From Octopus bimaculoides (Eukaryota), in contig NC_068993.1 of NCBI RefSeq assembly GCF_001194135.2, forward strand, positions 41,660,501 through 41,717,314: a DNA stretch of 56,814 nucleotides, in the 5' to 3' direction. Under the pieces are notes generated by a model. The model was not told the origin of the DNA. It did not search any database and saw only the letters and a list, made by a program, of their open reading frames with translations. Positions 11,779-24,049 of the stretch are shown piece after piece (the first letter of the stretch is position 1; the number at the start of each line of letters is the position of its first letter). Both the position numbers and the translations under genes were made by a program.

Positions 11779-11854
11779 CGACGGCCGCTGTGAGACTTGA
11801 ACTGACATCTCATATAGACATAGTAAGTGTTCTTGCATTATGCATGATGTCGTC
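11779..11854 (-). pseudogene. Degenerate tRNA-like sequence (tRNA pseudogene or SINE head) followed by a T-run
   Basis: About 75 nt; GACG.../...CGTC ends; T-arm-like GTCAG-TTCAAGT-CTCAC; T10 immediately downstream on the minus strand. D and anticodon arms do not fold. Confidence 0.3.
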
Positions 11855-14061
11855 ATGCGTTATGTAAAATATAACAGCATTAACTCAACGACAAATAATG
11901 AGAGGGTTTGTAATTTTAATTTCTTTACAACCAGAGTGGCGAAACTAATCTAGACTATTCGAAAATATAATTTCACCGACCAGTCAGAATTATAGTCTTT
12001 GTCATTATTCCTTTCTATTTTAATAGCATTTCCCGTCTAACATGTTCTGTATTTCTTTGTAAATTTCTCAACACCGAATGAGTATTTGCACGTCATATCA
12101 TTGAATGTGGTAGATTTAATCTATGTGTCATACTACCGGTGAGATAACAATATGTTTCTTCTCCAAGAACTCAATACCCGAAGGTATTTATAGTTGAATG
12201 ACCTTGTGGATTTCGATTCGTTATTCAGTAGTCTTTCAGTACATTTCGACAAAGAAAGACCAAGAAATACACACTAAAAGTGCTTATTTCTCTTCAGAAG
12301 ACCGTGATATGTTTACTGAGAAATGTCCTTCTGTGCGTGTTTAATTGTTAGACACGCATGTTGAAAAGCTGTTAAGTGGAAAGAGGTGAATATTGATGCT
12401 CTTTATGTTCTTTTGAAATACCAGACAAGAAAACACTGAAAGCGAAGAAAGAAATTACTCTGTTCACAAAAAAAAGACTTGTGTTATTGGCGTTACAAAT
12501 TACTGGAAGGAGAACTAAAGCTTCTGATTTGACTCAATTCAGTGAATATTTAGTTTTCTTAAGATTAACATCTATATAACACTTTGAGATGTGTGTAAAT
12601 GATTTTCACTTTGAAAGAGCAGGTGTAGTATTGGAAACGAAGAAGACTAAATGAAATTAAAATAATAAAACAGGCAAGAAACATTTGACAAATGTAACTT
12701 ACAACCTAACGAATTTCGTTCATATATTACAGTAGTTTTCTGAGTTAAACAAATACTGTGACATTAATAAATTATATGAAGCCTAATCTTTGTTAAAGAA
12801 CATATGTTGTTGATAAAACAGTTAACACTTCTCGCTTTCACTGTCTACTTCGTATTCGAACATTTAAAACAAAAGCAAGCGTAACTACAGCAATTCCTTC
12901 AAAAGAAGCAAATGATATTATGTAACAACAACAATGCCTTGAAAGAAAGAAACTAATCTTGTTACCAGTAATGTGACATAGACCATACCAAAGACTCAGT
13001 CTTCGGTGAAAAGTCAGGTGTAGCAATGATTTCTAACAAGAAGCTAGTTCATGCTTTTGGAGCTGCAACTCCGCCAACTAAACATAATCACCTGATTAAA
13101 GCTGACCGATAGAAATCGAAGAATTTCAAGTGATTTGTTACAGGTTCCTTAACCCCTATACCCTGTCCACTCATTGCTTATTTTTGTTTTTCGTTCTTTT
13201 TGCTTTTCTTTTTTTTCTCTCGTTATTTTTTTTTCTTTTTTAGCTTTTCGCTGTCTAGAATAAAAGACATACAGAGAAAGTCTGAGTGACGACGGAGTGA
13301 ATCGTGATCTATGGCTGCATAAAGTCTACTACTTATATTGAGTACACTTTCTATTGTCACTCCTTTGTGCACCCGTAGATGTGCGTGTGAGTATGAGTGT
13401 GTATGTGTGTGCGCGCGCGAGTGCGTGCTTATGTGTGTGTATGTGCGTGTGTGTGTGTTCAACCGTTTCTGTTCATTTTTCTTTCTTCTCTCCATCAGCT
13501 TTCTCTCTTCATTCCTTCCTGCAGAAAACGTCTTCCATTTTTCCTGACCGTCAAACTAATACAACTTTTTGTTATTCTTTCATCTTATTGTCTATTGTTT
13601 TCTGTATAATTTTGAACGGTATATATGTACACACACACACATATATATANNNNNNNNNNNNNNNNNNNNNNNNNNNNNNNNNNNNNNNNNNNNNNNNNNN
13701 NNNNNNNNNNNNNNNNNNNNNNNNNNNNNNNNNNNNNNNNNNNNNNNNNNNNNNNNNNNNNNNNNNNNNNNNNNNNNNNNNNNNNNNNNNNNNNNNNNNN
13801 NNNNNNNNNNNNNNNNNNNNNNNNNNNNNNNNNNNNNNNNNNNNNNNNNNNNNNNNNNNNNNNNNNNNNNNNNNNNNNNNNNNNNNNNNNNNNNNNNNNN
13901 NNNNNNNNNNNNNNNNNNNNNNNNNNNNNNNNNNNNNNNNNNNNNNNNNNNNNNNNNNNNNNNNNNNNNNNNNNNNNNNNNNNNNNNNNNNNNNNNNNNN
14001 NNNNNNNNNNNNNNNNNNNNNNNNNNNNNNNNNNNNNNNNNNNNNNNNNNNNNNNNNNNNN

Positions 14062-14094
<33 letters not shown>

Positions 14095-15410
14095 GATACG
14101 TATATGTTTGTGCGTGTATGTGTATAGGCTGAAATCTTACCGCTTACCAAACACACAAACACGTATATATTGGCGTATGCTTGTGTGTAGATGTGTACGT
14201 GTGCGTATGTGTGTGTGTGTGTGTGTGTGTGTCTGTGTGTCTGTGTGTCTGTGTGTCTGTGCGCGTGTGTGTGTTCTTAGGACTGCAAGCAGTAAGATTT
14301 CAACCTATGTCTTAAGAGAGCCACTTAACCTCTTGAGCATGCTTGAAAGTAATTGTGACTACGGCTGGACAGTTTCCAGAAGTGTATAACAAATACATGC
14401 ATATATATCTATATATACATACATACGTACATACATACACACATACATATACACACACACTCATATATTTCTGGACTTACATACATACACATATATACAA
14501 ACATATATCTATAAATACATGCATAAAAATACATAAACGCATACAGTGATGAATTAAGCTGTTCATGTGTTTTGCTTTTTTTAGATACTTATACATATGT
14601 ATACATATATATATGCATACATATATATATATATATATATGCATACATATATANNNNNNNNNNNNNNNNNNNNNNNNNNNNNNNNNNNNNNNNNNNNNNN
14701 NNNNNNNNNNNNNNNNNNNNNNNNNNNNNNNNNNNNNNNNNNNNNNNNNNNNNNNNNNNNNNNNNNNNNNNNNNNNNNNNNNNNNNNNNNNNNNNNNNNN
14801 NNNNNNNNNNNNNNNNNNNNNNNNNNNNNNNNNNNNNNNNNNNNNNNNNNNNNNNNNNNNNNNNNNNNNNNNNNNNNNNNNNNNNNNNNNNNNNNNNNNN
14901 NNNNNNNNNNNNNNNNNNNNNNNNNNNNNNNNNNNNNNNNNNNNNNNNNNNNNNNNNNNNNNNNNNNNNNNNNNNNNNNNNNNNNNNNNNNNNNNNNNNN
15001 NNNNNNNNNNNNNNNNNNNNNNNNNNNNNNNNNNNNNNNNNNNNNNNNNNNNNNNNNNNNNNNNNNNNNNNNNNNNNNNNNNNNNNNNNNNNNNNNNNNN
15101 NNNNNNNNNNNNNNNNNNNNNNNNNNNNNNNNNNNNNNNNNNNNNNNNNNNNNNNNNNNNNNNNNNNNNNNNNNNNNNNNNNNNNNNNNNNNNNNNNNNN
15201 NNNNNNNNNNNNNNNNNNNNNNNNNNNNNNNNNNNNNNNNNNNNNNNNNNNNNNNNNNNNNNNNNNNNNNNNNNNNNNNNNNNNNNNNNNNNNNNNNNNN
15301 NNNNNNNNNNNNNNNNNNNNNNNNNNNNNNNNNNNNNNNNNNNNNNNNNNNNNNNNNNNNNNNNNNNNNNNNNNNNNNNNNNNNNNNNNNNNNNNNNNNN
15401 NNNNNNNNNN

Positions 15411-15454
<44 letters not shown>

Positions 15455-15482
15455 TTTAGTGATATTTTAGTTACGTGACTTT

Positions 15483-15620
15483 ACATTCGATGTTCAAATC
15501 CCACCGAGAGGGAAGTTTGGCCATTCATATTTCTGAGGCTGGGAAATACTAAATACGAGTTAAATACTTCTGTCGATACAATCGACTTTATATTTCTCTC
15601 AAATGCATGGCCTGGTACCT
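15483..15620 (+). mobile_element. SINE family A, degenerate body
   Basis: GTTCAAATCCCACCGAG...CATTCATATTTCTGAGG...GTCGATACAATCGACTT aligns loosely to the other copies. Confidence 0.6.
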
Positions 15621-16292
15621 AAGCTATTAATCAATATTAACGCAGGGCACACGTGCTGTATACTGAAATAATGATGGATATAAATTATTCTGTTTCCATT
15701 AAAAACACCGAAGAATTCGGAATATTTCCTAATAATGGTATAGCCTATTACACACTGGATTCACATTGCCTAGGCTTATTCAGAAATTAATCTTGACTAC
15801 AGAGATTCAATCCAATAAAAGAAGCTGGAGATGAAAGCTGCTAATGTTAGTGATAATGAAAATATTTTTGGTAGATACAAGAAATGGAATTGCACAGAAT
15901 AAATACGGACATTTTACATTTTTATGATATTTTCGGTTGATTTTTATCTGTGAATAACTATTAGACAAATGGATTCTAAGTTGCATGTCTGGAAATTTAC
16001 TTGCACTAATTATTGAAGGGAAGATTTAATGCTAAGAGAACTTTTATGGATAATGGTCTCTGATATTTTATGGTCTGTTAATATAAAAATCGATTACAAA
16101 TAAGACTTCAAAAATAGAGTTCGCTAGCAAATGTGCCAGAAAGAACGCATGTATATAAAATATAACTGTGTGTGTGTGTGTGTATAAATTAGAAGAGTTA
16201 TTAAAAGATATCAGTCGCTGATTTGTGTACATAGGAAAAATATGAAATCAACGCCATTAAATTTACAACCCTATCCCTCAAAATATGCGTTT

Positions 16293-16334
<42 letters not shown>

Positions 16335-16429
16335 GTGTGTGTGTATTCATGGAAGGAGGAAAAGATATGTACAGTTATATAAACTACATGTATATGTATA
16401 TGGATATACGCATATATGCACATATGTAT

Positions 16430-16504
16430 GTATATGTGTATTTGTGCGGACATATGCAAATTTGCTTACATACATACGCACATATTTAGCTATATATTTC
16501 TGTA

Positions 16505-16543
<39 letters not shown>

Positions 16544-16548
16544 TTATC

Positions 16549-16583
<35 letters not shown>

Positions 16584-16899
16584 CTGTCTGTCTGTCTGTC
16601 TGTCTGTCTGTATGTATGTATGTATGTATGTATGTATGTATGTATGTATGTATCAATGTGTGTGCGAGAGTAAGTGTGTGTGTTTGTGCGTGTATGCATG
16701 CATGTATGTATTCATGGATGGATGTATGAATGGATGAAAGGATGTGTATAAATATATAAGCTATACGTATGTAAATACCTATACATATGTATTTACACGC
16801 TCATACATATATATGTGCATTTGTGCGGACATAGGCATAGTTGCTTAAATATATACACACACATATATATCTATATTTTCCTGTATGCATACCTATATG

Positions 16900-16938
<39 letters not shown>

Positions 16939-17074
16939 GTTTGTTTGTCTGTCTGTCGTTCTGTCTGTCTGTTTGTATGTATGTATGTTTACATGTCTGT
17001 TTGTCTGCCTATTTATCTGTCTGTCTGTCTGTATGCCGGCATGTATGGATGTGTGTGTGTGTGTGATTGTGTGT

Positions 17075-17114
<40 letters not shown>

Positions 17115-17160
17115 CACTGTGCATGTGTGTGCCAGTATGTGTGTATTCGTCTGTGCTTTC
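16430..17160. repeat. Compound microsatellite block duplicated in tandem (about 380-bp period)
   Basis: TATATGTG(T/C)ATTTGTGCGGACATA at about 16433 and 16811, each followed by (TATC)n-(TGTC)n-(TATG)n-(TG)n. Confidence 0.75.
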
Positions 17161-17567
17161 TTTAGTTGTTNNNNNNNNNNNNNNNNNNNNNNNNNNNNNN
17201 NNNNNNNNNNNNNNNNNNNNNNNNNNNNNNNNNNNNNNNNNNNNNNNNNNNNNNNNNNNNNNNNNNNNNNNNNNNNNNNNNNNNNNNNNNNNNNNNNNNN
17301 NNNNNNNNNNNNNNNNNNNNNNNNNNNNNNNNNNNNNNNNNNNNNNNNNNNNNNNNNNNNNTTTTTTTTACTTAATTTTTGAGCGCTGTTTGTGAGAGCA
17401 ATCGAGTATATTTCAGATATTCTCATTTTAAAAATCATCTTTGGCTAATCGTTGAGAGGACGCTGTTGTTGCCTTGTTCTTGTTTAATTGTTACTTTTAC
17501 AAAGTTATACAGTTACAATGTGAGAAACCGAAGAGAAATTTTCACTTTCTATTTTCTGTACTCCCTT

Positions 17568-17786
17568 AAGGCGACGAGTTGGTAGAATCGTTAGAACGCC
17601 ATGCGAAATGCTTAGCGGTATTTCTCCCGTTGCTACGTTCTGAGTTCAAATTCTGTCGAGGTCGACATTACCTTTCATCTTTTCGGTGTCGATAAATTAA
17701 GTACCAGTTGAGTACTGGGATCGATGTAATCGACTTAACCCCTCCCCACGAATTTCAGGCCTTGTGCCTGTAGTAGAAAGGATTAT
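17568..17786 (+). mobile_element. SINE family A, full length
   Basis: AAGGCGACGAGTTGGTAGAATCGTTAG...GCGAAATGCTTAGCGGTATTT...GTTCTGAGTTCAAATTC...GGCCTTGTGCCTGTAGTAGAAAGGATTA. Confidence 0.93.
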
Positions 17787-18012
17787 ATATATTCTCAGAT
17801 CAACTTCCGTTGGAGTTCATTTTGCAGTTCAACACTTTAGGATTTATAAGCATATATCACAGGACGGGGCCAGATCAGTCCATTTTACTTATCAAGAAAA
17901 ATAGAGCTAAAGGACACGAAAGAAAATCAACGTTATTAGCATAAAGAATCAACATTATTAGCACAATGGTTAGAGAATAATTTCACTGTACTTTATAATA
18001 TGGCAGAAAGAT

Positions 18013-18215
18013 AAGGCGGTGTGCTGGCAGAAACGTTAGCACACCGGGCGAAATGCTTAGCCATATTTCGTCTGTTTTTACGTTCTGAGTCCAAATTCTG
18101 CCGAGGTCGACTTTGCCTTTCATTCCTTCGGGGTCGATGAATTAAGTACCAGTTGCGTTCTGAAGTCGATCTAATCGTCTGGTCCCCTCTATCAAAATTT
18201 CGGGCCTTGTGCTTG
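18013..18215 (+). mobile_element. SINE family A, full length
   Basis: AAGGCGGTGTGCTGGCAGAAACGTTAGCACACCGGGCGAAATGCTTAGC...GTCGACTTTGCCTTTCATTCCTTCGGGGTCGAT...GGGCCTTGTGC. Confidence 0.93.
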
Positions 18216-18219
18216 ATCA

Positions 18220-18268
18220 CCTAATAATCCTAACTTCATCCCAGGCAACGCCGGGCTATACTGCTAGT
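18220..18268 (+). mobile_element. Helitron-like 3' terminus
   Basis: CCCAGGCAACGCCGGG hairpin (18240-18255) followed 8 nt later by CTAG-T (18264-18268). Confidence 0.65.
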
Positions 18269-18277
18269 ATATACATA

Positions 18278-18440
18278 TACGACAGGTTTCTTTCTGTTTT
18301 CGTCTACCAAATCCATTCACAAGGCTTTGGTTGGCCTGAGGTTATAGGAGAAGACACTTGCCCAAGGTGCCACGCAGTGTGACTGAACCCGGAGCCATGT
18401 GGTTGGTGAGCAAGCTACTTACCACACAGCTACTCCTATA
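18278..18440 (-). mobile_element. SINE family B head
   Basis: Reverse complement: GGAGTAGCTGTGTGGTAAGTAGCTTGC...CCGGGTTCAGTCACACTGCGTGGCACCTTGGGCAAGTGTCTTCT...GTAGACGAAAACAGAAAGAAACC. Confidence 0.93.
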
Positions 18441-18542
18441 TACAGATATACATATATACATACACACATACACACACACACACGCACACACATATATATA
18501 CACAGACACACACACACACACACACACACACANNNNNNNNNN

Positions 18543-18591
<49 letters not shown>

Positions 18592-19307
18592 AACACATAC
18601 GACAAACTTACACCACAATTTCTGTCCACCAAAACTGTCTCATATGGCAATATAGTATTAATGAGTTCTTTTCACTTTCAGAATAGTATGACCTAACCCT
18701 TTTAGAATAAAATGCACTTTTATTTGATTGTTTTATCTCATGTGATGAAATGTTAGTATATAACCTGAAGAATCTTATGTATATATATAAAGAACGTAAT
18801 TATTTAGTTTTATCCGCAACATGCAATGAATACGAAAGAGACACTTTTAATATTCCTGGAGGATTTATCAATAATTTGTCATTGCCGTGATACATTGAAA
18901 TGCTAACGTAACCGTGAGCTCATATGTATTCTATGCAAGAGAATATATGATGAGAAGATTTTAAAAATAGATATTCTGATTGTTATTTTGAGGGATGTAT
19001 GTTCTGATTATTTTTAAGATATTTGTATTTATTTTCCAAACGCAGATAAGAATATTGTCTGTCATATATCCTGTAATATCAAAACAAACTTGGTACATTC
19101 TCTGATCTGACTAATAATCCAGTGGAACATCTGCATTTTAAATAATATTAAGATATTTTAATTATAGATGAGTTGGAGATGTGCGCTTTAAGTTGAAACA
19201 GAAAATAGATAAGTTTAAAAACTTTGCTTGGATATAAAACAACAGGAAAAAATTACATAAACTATTTTTAGCAAAAGCAAATCGAAGAAGTGATAACAAT
19301 ATTTTAG

Positions 19308-19971
19308 GCCTTCAATCTGTTAGTTAATTTCGTTCTTTTACGATGGAAATGTACCGAGATCGAAAAGGTAACTGTATTTTGTAATCTAATATATAACTTC
19401 TTTATCTTTTCTAATTTTCTTTGCTCTTCTCTTGTTCCCGTTGTGTCTTGCCTTTTTCATATTCATTCCTCTCTTCATTCATGTATTCATTCACTCATTC
19501 ATTTACTCATTTCTTATCTCTTTTTCAAATTATTTGAAAGCCCATGCAATATCAATCGATATTACTTTAAAGTAATCTCTCCATATTTTATCTAATCCTG
19601 TTTTCCAGAAGTTAATCATTTCCCGGATACATACGTCACATTGTTTGCTCGACGACCATGCTGAACGTTTAACATTTTTCGTTATCGGCAGTTACCAATG
19701 TAAGTCTTTATACATTCTATTGTTTGAATCACTATTAACAGTTCCTTTGATATTAAATTATGTTTCAGAGAAGTAAGTCGAAGAACGAATCAAAAGCTGC
19801 TCTCAGAGAATATCTCACAACTGCATACGGATAAGAACTTTTTATGAGTAAAGAAATGATGAATTCTAACACGGACACGTGGCAATAGTTTTTTTTAAGT
19901 CGGTTAAAGTGACTCAACTTTGTGATTTGTACTTATTTTCTAGATCATGGAGCATAATTTGGATTCTGAAG
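19308..19971 (+). other. Cluster of canonical splice signals; possible small exons 19308-19367, 19609-19699, 19769-?, 19944-19971
   Basis: AAAG|GTAACT 19368; CTAAT branch plus TTTTCCAG| 19608; |GTAAGT 19700; TTTCAG| 19768; |GTAAGT 19773; TTTTCTAG| 19943; GAAG|GTAAAA 19972. No long ORF; no expression evidence is available. Confidence 0.3.
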
Positions 19972-21741
19972 GTAAAATAATGTAACTAAGTAAAATAAAG
20001 CATTTAGTCATACATCTTACGTTATAAGCTACTCCAATGGTTTATGTGTGAAAGAAATATTCTTTAATCTAACTATGTAAATTATATTAAACATTTTAGT
20101 CATTTTCGGTCTCACAAATATGTGATATTACTATATACATGTACCTTTTGTGTCTCCTAACCATCATTTTACCTTGTTACTGCATAATATTCGAACAAAC
20201 AATTGTATTGAACCGAGGCAACCTAAATAATTTAACAAATAATAATTCAAATATATATAACTGCCAATTATACCAAAGACCGCATCTCAGTTTTTAGTAA
20301 GTTTAGTGGACTGCTGGCTCCTTCTTTTGAACATTTGTTTCAGATGGAAGGTTTATTTTATTGAGAAAGTTAAACGAATGTAGAAATTGTCAATGCCAAT
20401 ATTTAAATGGTAATTATTTACTTTGCAAGCACAAATATAAAGGTTCATGACTGCCTACGTAAACATAAAACAGAGACAGACACACAAATGAATATTGCAT
20501 TAGATACAAAGTTGAAGACAGCAACATCTTGCCTTGTAATTTGGATGCATTCATAAAGCTACCTTTTCTCGTAGCATGACTAAAAAGGAAACGCTCAAAC
20601 AACGCCTGAATAAATATTGCAATTAAGAACACAGTGATATGTAATTATCAATATTATTAACGCTGCTAGGTCAAGAAGGCTCTGTAGATTATCTTACTTT
20701 TAGTTTTGTTTCAATTTGATTTCATATCCTAACCTTACATTTCATCGCTTTCGGTCAACTGTAATTAGCGCACGACTAATGGCTCCGTCTTCATGTTGTG
20801 TTTCAAGGACATCTTCACCTAATGGAATCCATATCACTATATTCTATTGATTTCAGCCCAAAATTGCAGGAACAGGAAGTGCTGTAATGGCTCAGTTGGA
20901 AAACGAGACTTCCACGTTAATTTAGCACACCAGCAATTTATTGCTGTTCACTTTACTGCTGTTAATGGAATTTCTTTCATCGAATATTGGCACATTTCTA
21001 AATATACGAATATTTGAAAGAGTAAAATCTACAGAATATACAAAGATATTTCATAAGTTGTATACTAATATTCCATACAAAAATTATCCATTGTGATTAT
21101 GACAAAGTCAATGAATGTTGTGCAATATTCATTGTTTACATACTGCTTCGAAGATACTGAAGAAGCTATCATTGCATTTTCTGGATAAGTTAAAATAAAA
21201 TTATTCTAATGAATAGCGAACTATTAAACTTTATTATATATTAAGCATCTTTAAGATGAAGCAATGCTTCGACATTTTCGGAATCAAATTAATTGGCACC
21301 ATAGTATGTAATTATCAGTTTCTTCTGTTGGTATGAAGCCAATCTTTTTAAGAAGTAGAGATACAGCCGATTGAATCAATCTCAGCATTCTGTTGGTAGC
21401 TATTTCATCGAAATAACAGAATATAAGACAATATTGGCCTCTGTATAATTTACTTACACCCCGGAAGCTACACATAGACATATAGTTTGATGCTCTACCA
21501 TTTCTTTTGACCCGAATGCTACCTTTGGGAAATATTAAAGGTCAGTGTAAACATACCGATAAAGTAACACAGACATAACTATATTTCTCTATTTATAAAT
21601 TATATAACCAAGAATTAAAATCAGAACAAACTACAATTCACTTCAAAATTACTACAGCATCTTATTGAAAAAGTATATCACTGAAATAACCAAGAAGATT
21701 ATTAAGCAAAAATACTCTCTATTTGCCCTGGGTATAACTTT

Positions 21742-21890
21742 ATTCCGCATCCGATAGTGCGGGCCCTTGTTCGAGAGTTCCTGGGTTATGTAGAATATGG
21801 AATCACCTTTCAGCCGCTAACTTACCCAGCTTTACTCTGACCCAGTGTAGTAGCACCTGCCAGGGTCCCGGTTATCAGTTAATTAGCATG
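21742..21890 (-). mobile_element. Unclassified interspersed repeat fragment
   Basis: GC-richer block (minus strand GGGACCCTGGCAGGTGCTACTACACTGGGTCAGAG...) resembling a recalled cephalopod dispersed repeat; single copy here. Confidence 0.4.
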
Positions 21891-23998
21891 ACACTGAACT
21901 ATCTCCCGAGGAGCCCCACTCACAGACATCCCGTAGGAACCAAGGCAGATGAAATCATTCGTCTCTTTAACTGCTCAATTTAGAGAAGTTAACTCCATAC
22001 AAAACCTGTATTCTGTTGACTACTGGGCTCGTGGCGCTTCTTGCATCAGACCAGTACAGGTTTGAAGGAAGGGAGAATGAAACTGGCTCTGCGCAAACCA
22101 TGCTTACTATAATAAAATTCATTGTGTAGGTTGATCAGCAAAGCAAAACACCGGCATCTTGTTAAACCGTCATTCGTCGAAGCGACGAGAGTCCAGACCG
22201 ACTCTGTGTTTGAGAAAAAGAAAAAAAAAATAGAAATGATAACATTCATATCCATTGTAAACAGTAATCAAGACAATAAGAAGAGTGCTTGTGACAGAAG
22301 TCGGAACCAAGCTGTAGCATTACCTTGAAAGTAGCTTTCTTTAATCTACAAAATTAAAATCAGTTGTGAGCTACAAACAGTTTAGATCAAAATTCAATTA
22401 ACTGAACTGAGATTGCGATACATTTGTTATTCTCTTATCAGGAGTAATACATGAATGAAAAATTTTCTATCAACCATACTCGGCTAAAATATAGTATTTT
22501 TTGTATGTAAAGAAAGAACACAAACATCGCTAAGACCAACGAAGTCTGATATCGAAAATATTCTTCAGAAAAGCAAAATAAAAATTTGTCAAAATTAACC
22601 TTGGGGTGTTTTCATAGCGCACATCTTTACACATATTCACATGCAGTTATAGATGCACTTAAACGTATTACTGAATTAAAATGCATGTGTTCGCCTGTGC
22701 ACATCATGGAAACAATTCGCTAAAAGTCAGCAACTACTAATGTTTTTTTTTTCTTCAGTAATCATTATCGATAGCTTAAAGGCCTCTTAAGTTCTGTGTA
22801 ATGTTATAATCTGAGATATGCTCTTGTATTATTTGATGAATGACCGGATTACCAAATTCCATTAATTCAGTGACATAAGGAGGCGAATCGTACTCAGAAC
22901 GACACGGAATCTGGAGGAAATCATTTAAATCTGTGGGTGGATTAAGACTTCAACAGTAAACAAGTCATGAACTTGAGCAATGCCATTTCTCAAAAGTGAT
23001 AGAATAGCCATTATGTGTGTTTTGATTTCTTCACAGATACTCATGTCGATATTTTATAAAGTGCAAATTGCTAAATTATACGGAACAGCTGAAAAGTATT
23101 ACAAGCTGATTCTATTTCGTTATATAACAGAGTTTGAAGCATGCCATTTAATCGTTTATATTCTCCTTGTGAAAATCCTAAATTGATTTTAGTCCTTAAA
23201 GAAAGGTTTTATCTTCATAAAGTCTACTTAATTAGATTGGTAATTAGTTGCTGGAAGAAGAGGGGTTGGGTCGTTGAGAGGCAACGTTAATGGAGAGCTT
23301 ACATTTAAAGGATTTATAATTTTATGCTAAAATCCTACAAAGGATAAACCGAGTTTATCCTTATTACATGAGATTTGTGCTGGTTAGGTACTAGCCAAGA
23401 ACTCCAAAGACTCTAAAATCTAGATCTTCTCATATATAAAACGGAGTATTGCATAATTTATTGCTGGTTAGCTGACGTCACTAAGGTAACATGAACGTAT
23501 GCCCATTCTTCAGTGAATTTATACAATGCTTGCTTTGACTGAACTCTTCGACAAGAAAAAAAATCTAGACAAGATGTAAAAAGCGTCTCTGAGGTTTCGC
23601 AGCACCTTTTCGCAAATATATATCATAAAACGTTCACTGAGAATTTTCGTTTGATGTTTGAAATAAGTTGATGTGTTTCTGCCAAGTAAATCTATAACTG
23701 AGCACTGAAAAGAATAAACCACATACTTCCAAACGTCAACAAACAAAAAAATATTTTTGCACATTCTGTTAGCGCCAACATAAAAACGATCCTGGCAAGT
23801 CATATGTTTAAATTTATTAATAATAATATATACGTATAGGAGAAGGGTGCGGCCATCGCAGTCAGTATTCCTAGAGACGTAGCCAACCTCTCCTTCGTAT
23901 GATGGGATAAGCAACTGAAATAGTACCTAGCGGACAGATCCACACATAAGGTAAAGTACCCTTAGTATGTTGGTGACATTACTCTAGGATAAAATTAC

Positions 23999-24049
23999 CT
24001 CGATCGATAATATCTAGGTAAAATAAACTCGATCGATAATATCTAGGAA
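23999..24049. repeat. 29-bp-period direct duplication
   Basis: CTCGATCGATAATATCTAGG at about 23999 and 24028. Confidence 0.85.

Noticed and set aside
20740-22330. Minus-strand candidate exons near 20740-20818, 22085-22200 and 22270-22322
   Set aside because: Plausible splice sites but frames stop or cannot be chained; indistinguishable from chance.
23473-23480. Perfect CRE palindrome TGACGTCA
   Set aside because: A single 8-mer is unremarkable in 57 kb and no promoter context is evident.
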